Shown piece after piece: positions 14,612 through 27,429 of a stretch of DNA of 64,000 nucleotides. Source of the stretch: Octopus sinensis (Eukaryota). How positions within the stretch are numbered: the stretch's first letter is position 1; each line of letters begins with the position of its first letter. Location: contig NC_043006.1 in assembly GCF_006345805.1 (NCBI RefSeq), forward strand, positions 98,146,001-98,210,000. Reading direction: 5' to 3'. The notes below the pieces were generated by a model, which worked only from the letters and a program-made list of their open reading frames with translations, was not told the DNA's origin and searched no databases. Made by a program: the position numbers and the translations under genes.

Positions 14612-14929
14612 AAATGGAATATACAAGAAAATTTTATTGCTCACAAAAATTTGCTAAACACATTGCTATGGAATCTATCCCTCACGATACCTGCCCAACA
14701 GCTTCGACCTACGGTCACTAGCAACACGCTGTATCAACACCGAGCAAAACAGGGTTTGTATAACGAGATACTCTTTGTACAATCACCTGACGAGACGCTC
14801 TGCACCGAGAGATGCTCACACAAGCACACCTACTGCATTAGTAACCAACCTATGCATACAAATATAGTTTTACGAAGCCTGGCACAAGCACGAACGAACA
14901 GGAAACGGGCAAGATAATAAATACAGAGA

Positions 14930-14995
14930 TGACTCTATTTTACTCTTTACTCTTTTACTTGCTTCAGCCATGTGACTGTGCCCATGCTGGAGCAT
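14930..14995 (-). mobile_element. SINE family C, 3' tail fragment
   Basis: TACTCTTTACTCTTTTACTTGCTTCAGCCATGTGACTGTGCCCATGCTGGAGCA matches 36345-36398. Confidence 0.7.
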
Positions 14996-15103
14996 TTTAA
15001 GTTTAATTATTACAGTCCATATCAGTTATCATATATTTAACGAATTTGCTAAAAGTCACACAAACTCTGTCTGTCTGTCTCTCTGTCTCTCTCTCTCTGT
15101 CTG

Positions 15104-15143
<40 letters not shown>

Positions 15144-15149
15144 GATGAT

Positions 15150-15790
15150 TACCATTTCTTTAATTACGAAATGCTGCCATGAGATCTCATATAAATAGTA
15201 AGGGCGGCCGATGGACCTACAGCAAAAGGTACTGGCCGGAAAGTAACTGGGATTGAGGTCGAATGCTGCTTCAGGGGTTGGCTTCAAGATGGAGTGTTCG
15301 ATTCTTTGTGTTGCAGTAATTTGCAACTACCGCAGGTTACTCTTTAAACCGTTTGAATTTTTCCGTCTTCTATTCCAAGTCTCTGATATCCACATTAACA
15401 GTTTTAAGATCACTTCTCACGACATTTCCAAATAATTTCTCAGGTTCCAGTCATTTACCACGCTGCTATTCCTCGTGAATCAACTGCTTAGGCAATTTGT
15501 CATTATCTACCCTTGTAAGGGTCCCAATCCAACGCATTTCATTACGTAATATGAGCATCTTAATACAGCATGTATTGGCTTGCTGAAGAACGACAATGCC
15601 TTGTGTTACGGACTACCATTTGATGCTTAGGATCCCACTAAAGCACGCTTGATAGAATATTCCCAAGGCTTTCGTCCTAATCGCAGAAGAGTATGAAAAG
15701 ACAGTTAAGACGCATCATTCATAGAAGTGAGCGCGGCTTTGATGGCGATGGCTTTGTCAGACTATACACGATCTTCAAGTCTTCTACATG
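15150..15790 (-). pseudogene. RTE-clade LINE ORF 3' relic
   Basis: Minus translation TKALGIFYQACFSGILSIKW*...VLQQANTCCIKMLILRNEMRWIGTLTRVDNDKLPKQLIHEE*QRGK matches the RTE post-RT pattern (IL.I.W...RW.GH..RM...RLPKQ...GE...GKR). Confidence 0.7.
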
Positions 15791-16284
15791 ATTAATTGAA
15801 ATTTCGTTCGTCGGTTTTAGTTCAGAATCAACGAAATAGCAGGGATCGTTGACAAGTTAGACGAAATAGTCAACCAACTCTATCGTGCGCCATTGGCAAA
15901 TTTATTACGTTAGACGTAATTGTATCACGGAGGCAGATGGAACATGATTTTCTCTTTGTCAACCTGAGGGAAACTACAAAAGTCCATATGTAATAGTGAA
16001 GAGACCTATGATAGCCTGCGTTATTTCTTTGTCAGCACAAACGAGCTGAGGAATAAGAGTCTGGAAAGTTTTCGACTTTGCGTTGAGTTGCGTTACATCA
16101 AAGAATGCCCTTGGCTCTCAAAAGAATATAACCATCGGCCTAGTAGTCCTGAAAAGATTACTAGTCAGAACAATACACACACGCACTCACACACGTGTGT
16201 GTGTGTACATGTGTGCATGTGTAAAGAAAGAACACAGATGGGTTAAGAGTTACTACAGCCTTATGTAAATACCTTATATTTATT

Positions 16285-16741
16285 AATTAATGATTTTTTG
16301 GTTAATTTTGAAATTAAATCAGCAGTTTATATTTGCTGCTGAGTAGACCGCGCGATTGCGGTTAGATTTGAAAATTTAGGGCATATGTGCCTGGAGGCTT
16401 CTTTACCATAGCCTCGTGGACATATACTCGTCCTAGGCTCTCTGCTGACGAGGCACGCAAGATGTAAATGAATTTAATTTAATTTAATTAATTCATTTGC
16501 CAAAGTTTTGCCGAAACTATGCATAGTCCAGAGATGAAAGGGGTAAACGTTTTTATTTCTCTTTCTATTTCAGAATTACAACTATTTAGCGGTATGAGTT
16601 TTGGCTGCTCTTTCTAGTGAGTCGAATGTCCTATATGGCCATTCCTTATATTGTTGAATGTATATTATATAGTATTTGACTATTTTTTCTTTCTCACTAG
16701 ACCGCTGGTAGCGGAAATTTTTTTCTAGAATTTTTTGCTAC
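16285..16741 (+). mobile_element. 457-bp non-coding HHR-containing insertion with 13-bp TSD
   Basis: CCTTATATTTATT at 16272-16284 and 16742-16754 brackets a hairpin-rich segment containing a canonical hammerhead. Confidence 0.7.
16439..16534 (+). ncRNA. Intact type I hammerhead ribozyme
   Basis: Stem I TCTCTG(16439-44)/CAGAGA(16529-34); core CTGACGA(16445-51); stem II GGCA/TGCC extended by GTAAATGAATT/AATTCATTTGC; GAAA(16513-16); stem III in the perfect palindrome ACTATGCATAGT; GUC triplet, cleavage predicted after 16528. Confidence 0.9.
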
Positions 16742-16759
16742 CCTTATATTTATTTATAT

Positions 16760-16819
<60 letters not shown>

Positions 16820-17166
16820 TATATATGTATACGTATGCATGTATATGTGTATGTATGTATATCAACACGTACTCATATTTTGGCTAGCAGTGGTGTTATT
16901 TCATAACGTCTACTTAATGTGAGTACTCGAAACGTAGGTTTGAAATAAGTTGAAATCGTCATCGTTTGGAAATGTGATTATTGTGATACACGCGTATGTA
17001 ATGTCTCTATGTGTAAGTGTGTGTAAGTATTTGTTGCAGGCAAGGTTAGGTTGTAAGAACATAGATTTGTAGCTTTGAAGTCCTGTGTATGATCTCACGA
17101 AATGTCTTTTTGGACAGGTTTCTCGTTGTAACTTTTAACGTGAGCTTGGAAAACGTATAGCATATA

Positions 17167-18058
17167 CGGGGGTGGGGTGGGGTGGGGGTTACCCCAAAGA
17201 CACTGGAATTTCCCTCAGTTTTACATGTTTATACTTTTTGTCGTCCTCAAAGTATTCTCAATTTGGAGCAGTGCATGACGTTATCCATTGTTCGAAGCAG
17301 TCCTGGAACTCTTGCGAAGTGATGTCTTTCAACGCCTCCGACGTGTTTTCTTCACCTCTTCCACATACGCATATTCCGTAGTACCAGCGTTTTTGCACCA
17401 CTGATGATCTTCGAAAATAGGTCCGAGTCAACATTCAACCTTCAGTTCACAACACGATTTCAATCGTGACTGCTTTCGATCTTCCGTAAGCAAGTCAAGT
17501 ACACATTTTGTGGCAACTCTTTTCATTCGCAATTCCTCGCTTAACATTCGTTTGCAGGAGCTCCAGGATACACCAGTCATATCTCCAAGTTCGTTAATTA
17601 TTCGTTGACGGTCCTCCAGGATCAGTTCATAAATTTTCATGATGTTTTCATTCGTTTGGGGAAATCGACGGTCGTCCTGAAAGAGGTTGGCCTTCAAGCG
17701 AAAAGTGACCAGTCCTAAAGCGTGGAAACCACTCGTAATACTGTGATTTGCCCTTGGCACAAAGTCAGTGTAAGCTGCTTGAAGTATGACAACTGTTTCG
17801 GCCTCCGTTTTCCCCAGTAGAAAATAGAATTCTAAGGAAGCACGCTGCTCCTTCGTTTCAGTCATCGAAAAAAATCGACGAACAGGGAAGAAGCATTCTA
17901 AAACAAAGACGCACCACGTGGCAGTGCGACGTCACACGACGACGCCATTCCGTAAACTGATGCGTGGGTCGCATCAAGCAGCTTCTAGCGGTGGAAGTCT
18001 GACCTACAGGGGCTTGAACCACAGAGAAGACTTACGGTTACTTTTGGGTACCTTTTCA
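17167..18058 (-). mobile_element. Internally deleted mariner with degenerate TIRs and TA flanks
   Basis: ORF 17428-17865 has the mariner N-terminal HTH pattern (EQRASLEFYFLLGKT..ET...; VSWSSCKRMLSEELRMKRVA). TIR remnants: TTACCCCAAAGACACTGGAATT (left) and the reverse complement GTACCCAAAAGTAACCGTAAGT (right). The catalytic core is missing. Confidence 0.85.
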
Positions 18059-19995
18059 TACCTATATTATATATATTCATTCACTATAAGCATTACATGC
18101 TATATACTAAAATTTCTGCCAATCTTTTTCGAACAGTCAAAATATTTTAGTTCCTGTACGCTAGACGTGAACCGACTGGCTCTATCGTTTTCCTGCTCCC
18201 CTTTAAGTATATAGCACACAATATGAATTAAAATCGTAAGTGATAATGGATAAATGTTAGTACACTTTCGTATTTAATTAATGCAAGAAGTTGGATTAAC
18301 GTGATTGGTTAAATGAAAGATTGCTTCTAAGGAAACGATAATAAGAAGCTATAAACAAAAAACTGGGTTTTCTTCTTCGTGGATTCGCAACAGTCAAATG
18401 AATCCATTAAGAAAAACACTAATCAGTTAGTATGCATTATATAAACCTGCAAACATGAACATCGTCTACCTAAGCTCTGTTCTATGTCCTCACAAGATAA
18501 CAAAGTTCTAAATAAGGTAACTTTCTATGACTATAGTGGCTACTTAAAGGGGAACGGGATAATTGTGTACTTTCCTGTATAGCACTATCAACAGTCACAG
18601 AGTAGCAGATAAGATATCTGAATGCCTACACTAACACACGAGAAGAAACATGAGACTTAATAATCGTTTCAAATATGACGCGTCAAGTTTCACTGATGGA
18701 AGCATTTTACATTTTGAGCTGAAAAATAAAACAGTATAGAGACCGTTCAATGCCAACGCATAATCGTAAACTTTCTGATAAATCGAGCTTCACTCTTGCT
18801 GAAAAGTTCATTAAAGTACTTATCTATACCTAGGAATATTTTGTTACTTAAATTTTATAACATGAAATTGTAAAGTGATATAAATATACTTAATTAATTT
18901 TAAATGATGATATATTCTAAAAGAAAAATATTTTAATTTAATTATCTGTTGTTTTGAAAGCAGATAATAGATACTCTGATCTAATCTGATCTAATCTGTT
19001 TCGTACACTTATAAAGTCAACCATTATCGAAACTAATTAACACAGACAAATTAAATGTTAGATAATTCGTGAGGTTTGTGCTTTATATTTCTCACTGTAG
19101 ACCGCCCGTATACTCTAAATGAGGATAATTTTCAAATCTTTAACTGAATCAATGAATTAGCTCCATTTTGCATTAATGATAATGTAGAAATATCTTATTG
19201 GAGATATCCAAAAATCTCCAATGACACTTGTATAATCTCAGTGAATATTTGTTACTGAACTGTGCGCGCATTCAAGTTTCATATTTTCCAAACAATGTGT
19301 AAAAAGTACTTCTATCATGTATGCATAAACGGTAGTTTGTGATTTTTTAATGAAATAGTGTTGCTAACATTTGAAGTATAGGGCATGTCAAGGTCGTTCC
19401 ATTTGCTCAAAAGCTAGTGAATTGATATTTAGGCTGCAAAGTAAACGAAAATATATTTATTAAGTAACTGAAATTGCTTTCGTAAAAAGCAGTATATTGC
19501 TATTTTTAGTTAAATATTCCGTGATAATATATTTAATACAATCTAAGCATCGTATTACATCTAATTTGGTTTATGTTTCAACACGTCTGTCATTCTAAAA
19601 CTCCACCTGATGAACCTAAATGAACCACATTTACTTTAATACAGGCTGACCTGAAATTCGTAATTTATTTTCTCATTTACTTCAAACTGTAAATCAGTAA
19701 TATTGACTTACATTTTAACAGTTCTGACCTTTATAATATATTTACTCTTTCATATCAGTGAGTTTGATAATAAAATATTTCTTTCATTCAAAGTAGCAGA
19801 GAATGATATTCGTTCAATGGAAAAAATACACATGTACCGTCTAAATAATGATTTTATCTATACTAGTACTTGAAAATCTTGAAACTACAGAGAAAGGTCA
19901 TTGCATATTGATTTAAAAACTCAACAGGCAAGTGTTTCTTACTTTTGCTTTGCCGTCTTTTCTCATCACCTTATTTTTTTCTTATGCAATTTGTA

Positions 19996-20290
19996 ACGAT
20001 AACGTCGCCCTTTTCAAACCTAGCCAGGCTCATGGGCCCGGTTTCATGGTTTCTGCGGCGTATGTGACCCCACCCCACCAGCTTGACAGGACGCCAGTCC
20101 ATCGCAGCGTTACTAAAGAAACAGGAAGAGAGAGTGAGAGAAAGTTGTAACGAAACAGGGGTCGCCACCACCTCCTACCGGAGCCTCGTGGAGCTTTTAG
20201 GTGTTTTCGTCCAATCAACACAAACGCCCGGTCTGGGAATCGAAACCGCGATCCTCCGACCGCGAGTCCGCTGCACTAACCACTGGGCCA
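19996..20290 (-). mobile_element. SINE family A with 14-bp TSD
   Basis: tRNA head TGGCCCAGTGGTTAGTGCAGCGGACTCGCGG...GGTTTCGATTCCC on the minus strand; TTATGCAATTTGTA at 19982-19995 and 20291-20304. Confidence 0.9.
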
Positions 20291-20993
20291 TTATGCAATT
20301 TGTACCTCCAATTATTCATTATCTAATGTGCAATTTTCTCCTATGTTTAGTCTACGCAAATCACCATCAAAAGTTTTACTTTATTCAAAATCTTTATAGA
20401 TATTGCAATCCACTTCTGTATTATTTTATATTTTTCTACATTTCTCTCCAGTATGCAGCGCTTAGATTCTCGGTGACAGTGAATTTGTATCGCCGATTTC
20501 ATTTTTACACGTTAGAACTTATAAAAATATATCCGTATCTATTAAAAAAGGTGCCCCAACTTATTTAAAAGACGTATAGGTAATGAACGCTAATAATAAT
20601 ACAATAAATTTCCTACGTTCCGATACTTTTTCTTTGCTACTCTTGATACAAGATTTTACCACCATCATCTATTCCAACTGAAGAAAAAAATCATATCCTT
20701 TGGATAATGTTAAAAATCTAGATATGTTCAGCGTATAGAAACTCCGATATATTAGGAAATGCCTCTGCCGAAGGTACCCTAAATAATGTTTGCTTTGCAT
20801 GCATAGAAAATATTCATTCATTAATACCATTTTCTAAATTACTGCAACCATGCAACAACATAGTAGTCGTCCTTCGGGAAATATATTATCTTCCATGGAA
20901 CAAGTTCACAATGGTTGTCATATTAACAGAAACGTCTTCGTAAATAGAGAGAGTTAAGCTTTACCTTGGAGTAAATCATGTAATGAAATTCTC

Positions 20994-21052
<59 letters not shown>

Positions 21053-21111
21053 CATATATATACATATACAAACATATACATATATAAAAATATATATGTG
21101 TGTGTGTGATG

Positions 21112-21166
<55 letters not shown>

Positions 21167-21353
21167 TACAAAATTAGAGAATGGAGAAACATACTTAAAT
21201 CAATAAAACATCAATTATCCGATGATACCCAATCAATACTTTAATACACCATTACATATGAGTAAAGGCATTATACAAAATGAGATATACAGTAATAGTA
21301 AAAAGATAAAGAGATATAAGTAAAAAATTTCAAATATAATATGCAATTAAATC

Positions 21354-21468
21354 AAAACTGACAGCTGTTTCGGCAGTGAGGGCAGTCATACCTCATTTAA
21401 CCTCTAAGCCATAAAGGCAGGTATAAATGAGGCATTAACAAGGATGCCCCACGGCTTCTTCAGAGAAT
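21354..21468 (-). ncRNA. Type I hammerhead motif with long stem II
   Basis: Minus strand CT-CTGAAGA-AGCCGTGGGGCA...CCTCATTTA..TAAATGAGG...TGCCCTCACTGCC-GAAA-CAGCTG-TC^AG. Palindrome ACAGCTGT, GUC triplet; stem I only about 2 bp and two mismatches at the stem II base. Lies between (TA)n arrays at about 21165 and 21570. Confidence 0.7.
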
Positions 21469-23894
21469 TAAATTAAATTTGTTATAATTTTGTTGGGTAC
21501 CTATCTGGCAGTATATTGGATATATATTATCCCATGGTGGGTTGAATTTTCAACCCCTATCTCATTTTACATATATATATATATATATATTCAGTATAAT
21601 ATAACTCTTTTAAATAAGACATATAGGCATACAGAACAACTTTATTATTATTTACAATCGTTTCTGTACCACCCAATCTCTTGCCGAATTACACTTAAAT
21701 GTTTTACTAGACTATCTTCCATAATCTATAATTTAACGTTACAAAATTGTTCACACCACTATATTAATTAAGCGCAATCGTGTTCGTTTTTATTTGTCAT
21801 TGACTATAACATGTTCGAGCGATGTCTAATTCTTTCTCAATTACTTGTGTATTATGTACTGATGTTTGCAGGTAGACTACCAGCCCTGTCATTTCAGATA
21901 CTGTTTTAACGATTGGGTTAGTGGTCCCACAACTTTCGGAACGAAATATTTCCTCTCAAAATCTTAACAATGTTTTCCAAAATAGGTCGACAATTATATG
22001 CAAGAAGACTGACGGCTTGAAGATGTGAACCTCGCATTATAACATAGATATAAATCTATATTTCGAAATACACCTAATTGTCTTCGGGTTTTGTTCGTTT
22101 TGGAATGAAGGACAACTTAAGATAACAGTCACCAGCTAAGAAATCCTATTTCAAATCTGTTTTCACGCAAGTGCAGGAATATTCTGTCACGTGTCTCGAA
22201 TGTTTTCTCAGATCATTTTACATGCTCGGGTAGGATCAACTTAATGGCTGCGTATCCTTGACAGAACAACTTGAAAACCCTTCCATGCGTTTCTTTTCGA
22301 TGTAAACTGAATTCCTTATGACAACACTGCTACTAATAAACAACTGGGTTTTATGAATATTAAAGAGTGAATTATATTTTTCTAAAGTTATAAAACTCCG
22401 CCGATAGAAATAGAATGAATGTTTATGGCAATCCAGTTTTTACTATTCAATGATATTCATGTTGTGACCAGCCCAAATATTTGTCAATTAGTATTAAAAC
22501 CCATCACGTTTCTTCGGCTGAAGTAGGGGACCCTGGCTGTGAAAGGATTTCATTGTGATGTTGAACCGTTTTTTAGTAGCACGTAGAAGATGTGAATATT
22601 TCTGGACAACCGAATTAACCGAGTCGTCAGAAGTTATACCATCGCATATTGTAATCATTCAGACATTTATAGATGGCTACCATGATGATTAATGCCAATG
22701 CTGGTCCCACATTCTTTCAGGTAAACCTTAATTAATTTCATCTGGTAAATACGTACTTCTCATGTTACACGAACTTTCGCATGTTGCACGAACTTTCAGA
22801 CTAAGAAGTCGAAGAAAGGTATTTGGCTTCGATGCAGGTAAGTAAAGTAATTTCTATTAACTATGAAATGATTAGCATAAAGTACTAGGTATGAAACAGA
22901 TTTTGAAGAATGCAGACCTTGGGACGCATCATGTCTTTATAGTTTCCTCACACTTTCTATTTTACGATTGTGTAAGTATCTATTTATCTCCGCTCTTTTC
23001 TTGTTGCTAACATTTTCATATCCGCTTGCACTCGAATTATGTGCTGAGAGGTTATATTTGCAAGATCACTTGTGACTTTTCCGTACTAAGGAATTTGTTT
23101 TATATCAAAAATCACCTATTTTCTATTTCCTTTTATAATTGTGCTTTTATTAACCTTCAGATCGCCATTGAAAGGAATATTATATTTGGTCGTGACTTGA
23201 TTTGAACACGCTCTCAGTACATGGTGATTTCATGCTGAATTTAATTAAAGTTACTTTAAAAGAGGCGCACCAAACAGTAGAAAATAGAAAGGAAACAGAC
23301 ATGGGGAAATAGATAATATGATACGATGAGAGAGCGAGTGTGACAGTAAGAGATATCGAAAAGATTAGCTTACAGATGGAGAAGAGGAGAAATTAAAAGC
23401 AGCAGGAGAAAAATTGAAAACGAAGCAGGGAGATGAAAGGCGTATGCATAGTGTTAGTCTGCAGATATGGAAGGGAATACAATGGAAGGGAGATGAAAAC
23501 AATAAGATGCGACAGAAAGACAGAAGAAAACTGGAGACCGCAAAAATGTCGATGAGAGGCAGGGAGAAGGCTAGAATATTAAAACCAAGATCGAGGTATT
23601 TAGCAGTGGATAACACCAATTTCTGCATACAAAGGAAAGAGGGAACAGAGCAGATGGATACGCACAAGCATACGCAAACTCACGCACACACAAACACATA
23701 AATGCACATAAAAAGAAAATTAAATTCTCATTATGAAAATCATTGAGAAATTTCAGGTCACTCATCATTTGTCGAGTAAACATTTTCCAGAATCTTGCTT
23801 GTTTCAAAAATCCTCGTCGTTTGCTTACGACAATTAAGGCAGCAACTTATAGAGATCAGACGTAATTCTTTTATTCTTTAATTCTTTTACACAT

Positions 23895-24267
23895 TTCATT
23901 CATTTGTCTGCGGCCATGCTGAAACACCACCTTAGGAGGCTTTAGTCGAAATCGATCCCAGGACTTATTCTGTGTACGTCTAGTACATTTTTATCGTTCT
24001 CTTTACCGAACCGCTATGTTGCGGGGACTTAAACGTACCAATATCGGTTGTCAAACGATGGTGTGGGAGCAAACATAGACACATACACATACTAATAAAT
24101 ATATATACATATATATAGATGACGGCTTCTTTCAGTTCCCCTCTACCCATGAAGTTTTGATCAGTCCTAGCTTACAGTAGAAGACACTTTCCCAATGTAC
24201 AACGAAGTGGGACTGAACTTGAAACCATGTGGTTGGGAAGCAAGCTTCTTACCACACAACCACACCT
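23895..24267 (-). mobile_element. SINE family C, diverged full length
   Basis: Colinear with 36345-36774, including the internal CA/TA microsatellite. Confidence 0.8.
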
Positions 24268-25476
24268 AATTCTAGTCTTGTAACATTCGTGATATATAGT
24301 TGATTTATCGTGTTGCATTTTGAGTTAAAGGGAATATCGTTATCATTGATATAATTATATATAATATAAACTACAGAAATCTAGTTATAACTTTTAATTG
24401 GAAACCATAATCATGCATAGGTTTATCAATATGATCTAAATATATCCAGCACGAAGAAGTATCGTCTCGATTCAGTTACACAACAATGGATCTACAAAAA
24501 AGAACAATATATTCTGCATTTAATGAATGGGTAAAATTACAACAACGAAAATATAAAGTTACTTTTACAGAATATACAAAACAACAGGTGTGCTTTGATT
24601 TCATGAATAGTTTCTCCCTTCCTATGAAATGTATTCAATGATTCATGGTACAGAGATTTCCCTGCACATTCTATTGTAAATGTCTTCCCAGTTCTGATAC
24701 ATTCAGATGAGACCAATAGCGTTAAAATCTATTCTCCCTGACATAGTCAAATATCATTGTGTTGTCAAAAATTTCTTCTTCGACGAAATATTTTCAAGAT
24801 GTTTCGAGATTGAGATTTAGTACGTATCATTTGTTGCGTCTTCAACATCATACACAGAACATGTTAGAGTTTAACATTTCTGCACAACGTAAAGTCTGAG
24901 ACAGTCAACCATTCACTATTTTGCCGCTTCTTTTGCCGTATCGTACATGAGATTTCATTCCCGTGTATAAATGAACATCAGGAAATATCAAAATTATACT
25001 TAATATCATATATTTGTATCTCTCTCTCTCTATATATATATTTTCTTAGTTCTTTGTAAAAGATATCAGAATTCCAAATTCTATCTTGAAATCCGCTGCA
25101 ACGAAACAATTTGCATGTGTTCTCGTCGTGGGTGAAATATTTGATTGATCTCAGTTATTGATATCATAACGCCATAACAAACAACACTTCTGTACATGGT
25201 GAAGCTCGTAAACACACAATCTTATGCCCTGGTAAGAATCTAATAAGTTGAATTTAGAGATGTATGAGATTACTAAGTGCATATGAGATTTTTCCTAAAT
25301 TTACCGGGAATTTGAGCATCATAGTCATGAGATATGCTTAATCCATCGCCATATTATACGCCAATGCTTGTTATAGACTCATGGTCTGTCCTGTCAATAT
25401 CGATATACTGACCACGCCATACGTTACTGAACGCAGGAGGTGGAAGCTTTTTGTATAGATATGTACCTTTGTGTCT

Positions 25477-25511
<35 letters not shown>

Positions 25512-26614
25512 ACTATCTATCTATGGTCATAAACATAAGTCTTGCCAAATGTACTCAAGTAATATTTGTGGCTGTAGCATATATGACGTGTAGGAAGCCA
25601 TGTTATTCGTTTTCTTTTATATATTAGAAATAGTACCAATTAATTTATTGCTTAACATCCATCTTCTAAAACGTTTGACAAAATCTATAGTCTTCATTAA
25701 GCGTCGTTTGTTTTCATCATGCGCAGATACCTTACTTAATCTGTTAACTTCTATACTCTTTCGTTAAGGAGAAATTTTATTAAATTTCTCTTTCGTTAAT
25801 GTATTGTATGCTTGTGTTTGACACTACATCATTTCTATTCAAGTTATTGTTTTTCTTTATTAATACTATTGTCATTATCGCTTTAAGAAAATGTCCTCTC
25901 TCTCTCTCGGTTGATTACGTAATATTTCGTGTTTCTATTACATAAGATTTGAAATCTTTATGAAATTTAGGAAGGCTTGCAGCGTGATATTTATTAACAA
26001 ATATTCTCGATGTTTTTCTGCATTCATTTCCTACTATTTGCACTGACAGTTTCCGCCGATCTTTCAAATATTTAACCCTCAGAAGATATTAATATTAATA
26101 TATATTGACAATATTCATAAACGTATAATTTTCTTGGGGTGGAAATGATCAAAGAATTCGAAAATGTTGGCATTCAAATGATTTAATATTTCTGATCCTA
26201 ATCCGATAACTGTAATAACGTTCTAAAAAGTTACCAGCGCAAGATGTTGGAACTCATGGATAATGCATGGAACGGACTTAATATACTTATCGAAGCTATA
26301 AAGGATAACAAAAATAATATCTTGTCAACAATGTAAATACAATATTTTGGATGTTTCCAGGCTGATCAGATTCATAAGGAAATTAATGCTGATTTGCAAC
26401 ATTTCAAATTGTTTGTTATACTTCATTCGTTACAAATATTGCTACGAAGAAGACGGAAGTTAAGTATTGTTGCACATTTATGTACGGAATTCTATATTAC
26501 CATGCCATCAAAATGTTTAAATGAGTGTTAGAGGTTCTATTTCTGCTTTACTGTGCCGCTAATACATTACTTTAATAGCATTTGTTTAATTTATTTCTAT
26601 TTATTATTTCTAGC

Positions 26615-27030
26615 TTCATATGAACAAAAATGTAGAAGCTATACCTGGATCCTCAAAACTACACACTGTGCAAAATATAGCTCCACTAGAAACAGCCCAC
26701 ATCCTACGTAAGGCACTGCCAATCAAATAATACAACCAAAACAAAAATACATTCTAAGCAGCGTTTACCCAGTGAAATAAACTCCCAGCAGCAAGTGAGA
26801 ACAAACCAAACCTTTACATACTCAACACACAATTCAAGCAGTAACACAACAAAAGACTACACCACACCTCAAAGAAAAACAAAAGCTAACACAAAACAGT
26901 ACCAGGAAGAGTTTGCATACTCCGAATAGCAGAAAAGAACACGCAATGCTGCACACACCTCAACAACAGAGAGGCGTGCAGGTGATGCAGTAGAAATTTG
27001 CCTCAGTCTACCAAATATTGAACAGTTATA
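26615..27030 (+). mobile_element. R4/Dong-type LINE 3' end fragment
   Basis: NKNVEAIPGSSKLHTVQNIAPLETAHILRKALPIK* (stop 26728-30) parallels IPGNPKLAEIQKIVLMGTAHILRK at 28730-28817; followed by an A/C-rich 3' UTR and a short TAA run. Confidence 0.75.
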
Positions 27031-27034
27031 TAAT

Positions 27035-27260
27035 AATAAACATCCTTTCAGCTATAGGCACAAGGCCTGGCATTCGTTGGGGGAGGGTCTATGTCAATTA
27101 CATCGATCTCAGTATTCAACTTTTTTCTAATTTTATCGACTCCAAATGAATGAAAGGCAAAGTCGACCACGGCAGAATTTGAACTCAAAACGTAAAGACG
27201 GACGAAATGCTGCTAAGCCTTCTGCCCGGCGTGCTAACGATTCTGTCGGCTCGCCGCCCT
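27035..27260 (-). mobile_element. SINE family B
   Basis: Aligns with 32213-32451 (GGCAAAGTCGACC..GGCAGAATTTGAACTC; GCCCGGCGTGCTAACGATTCTG). Confidence 0.8.
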
Positions 27261-27261
27261 A

Positions 27262-27360
27262 ACTAGAACAACAACAACTGCAACAACAACAAAAACAACG
27301 ACAACAACAACAACAGCCGCAAAAAGAACAACAACAACAACAACAACAATAATAATAATA

Positions 27361-27392
<32 letters not shown>

Positions 27393-27429
27393 TAATAATA
27401 ATAATAAGAAGAAGAAGAAGAAGAAGAAG
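27262..27429. repeat. Compound trinucleotide array (AAC)n-(AAT)n-(AAG)n
   Basis: Direct reading. Confidence 0.95.

Noticed and set aside
14780-14830. ATCAC-CTGACGA half core
   Set aside because: No downstream GAAA or stem III.
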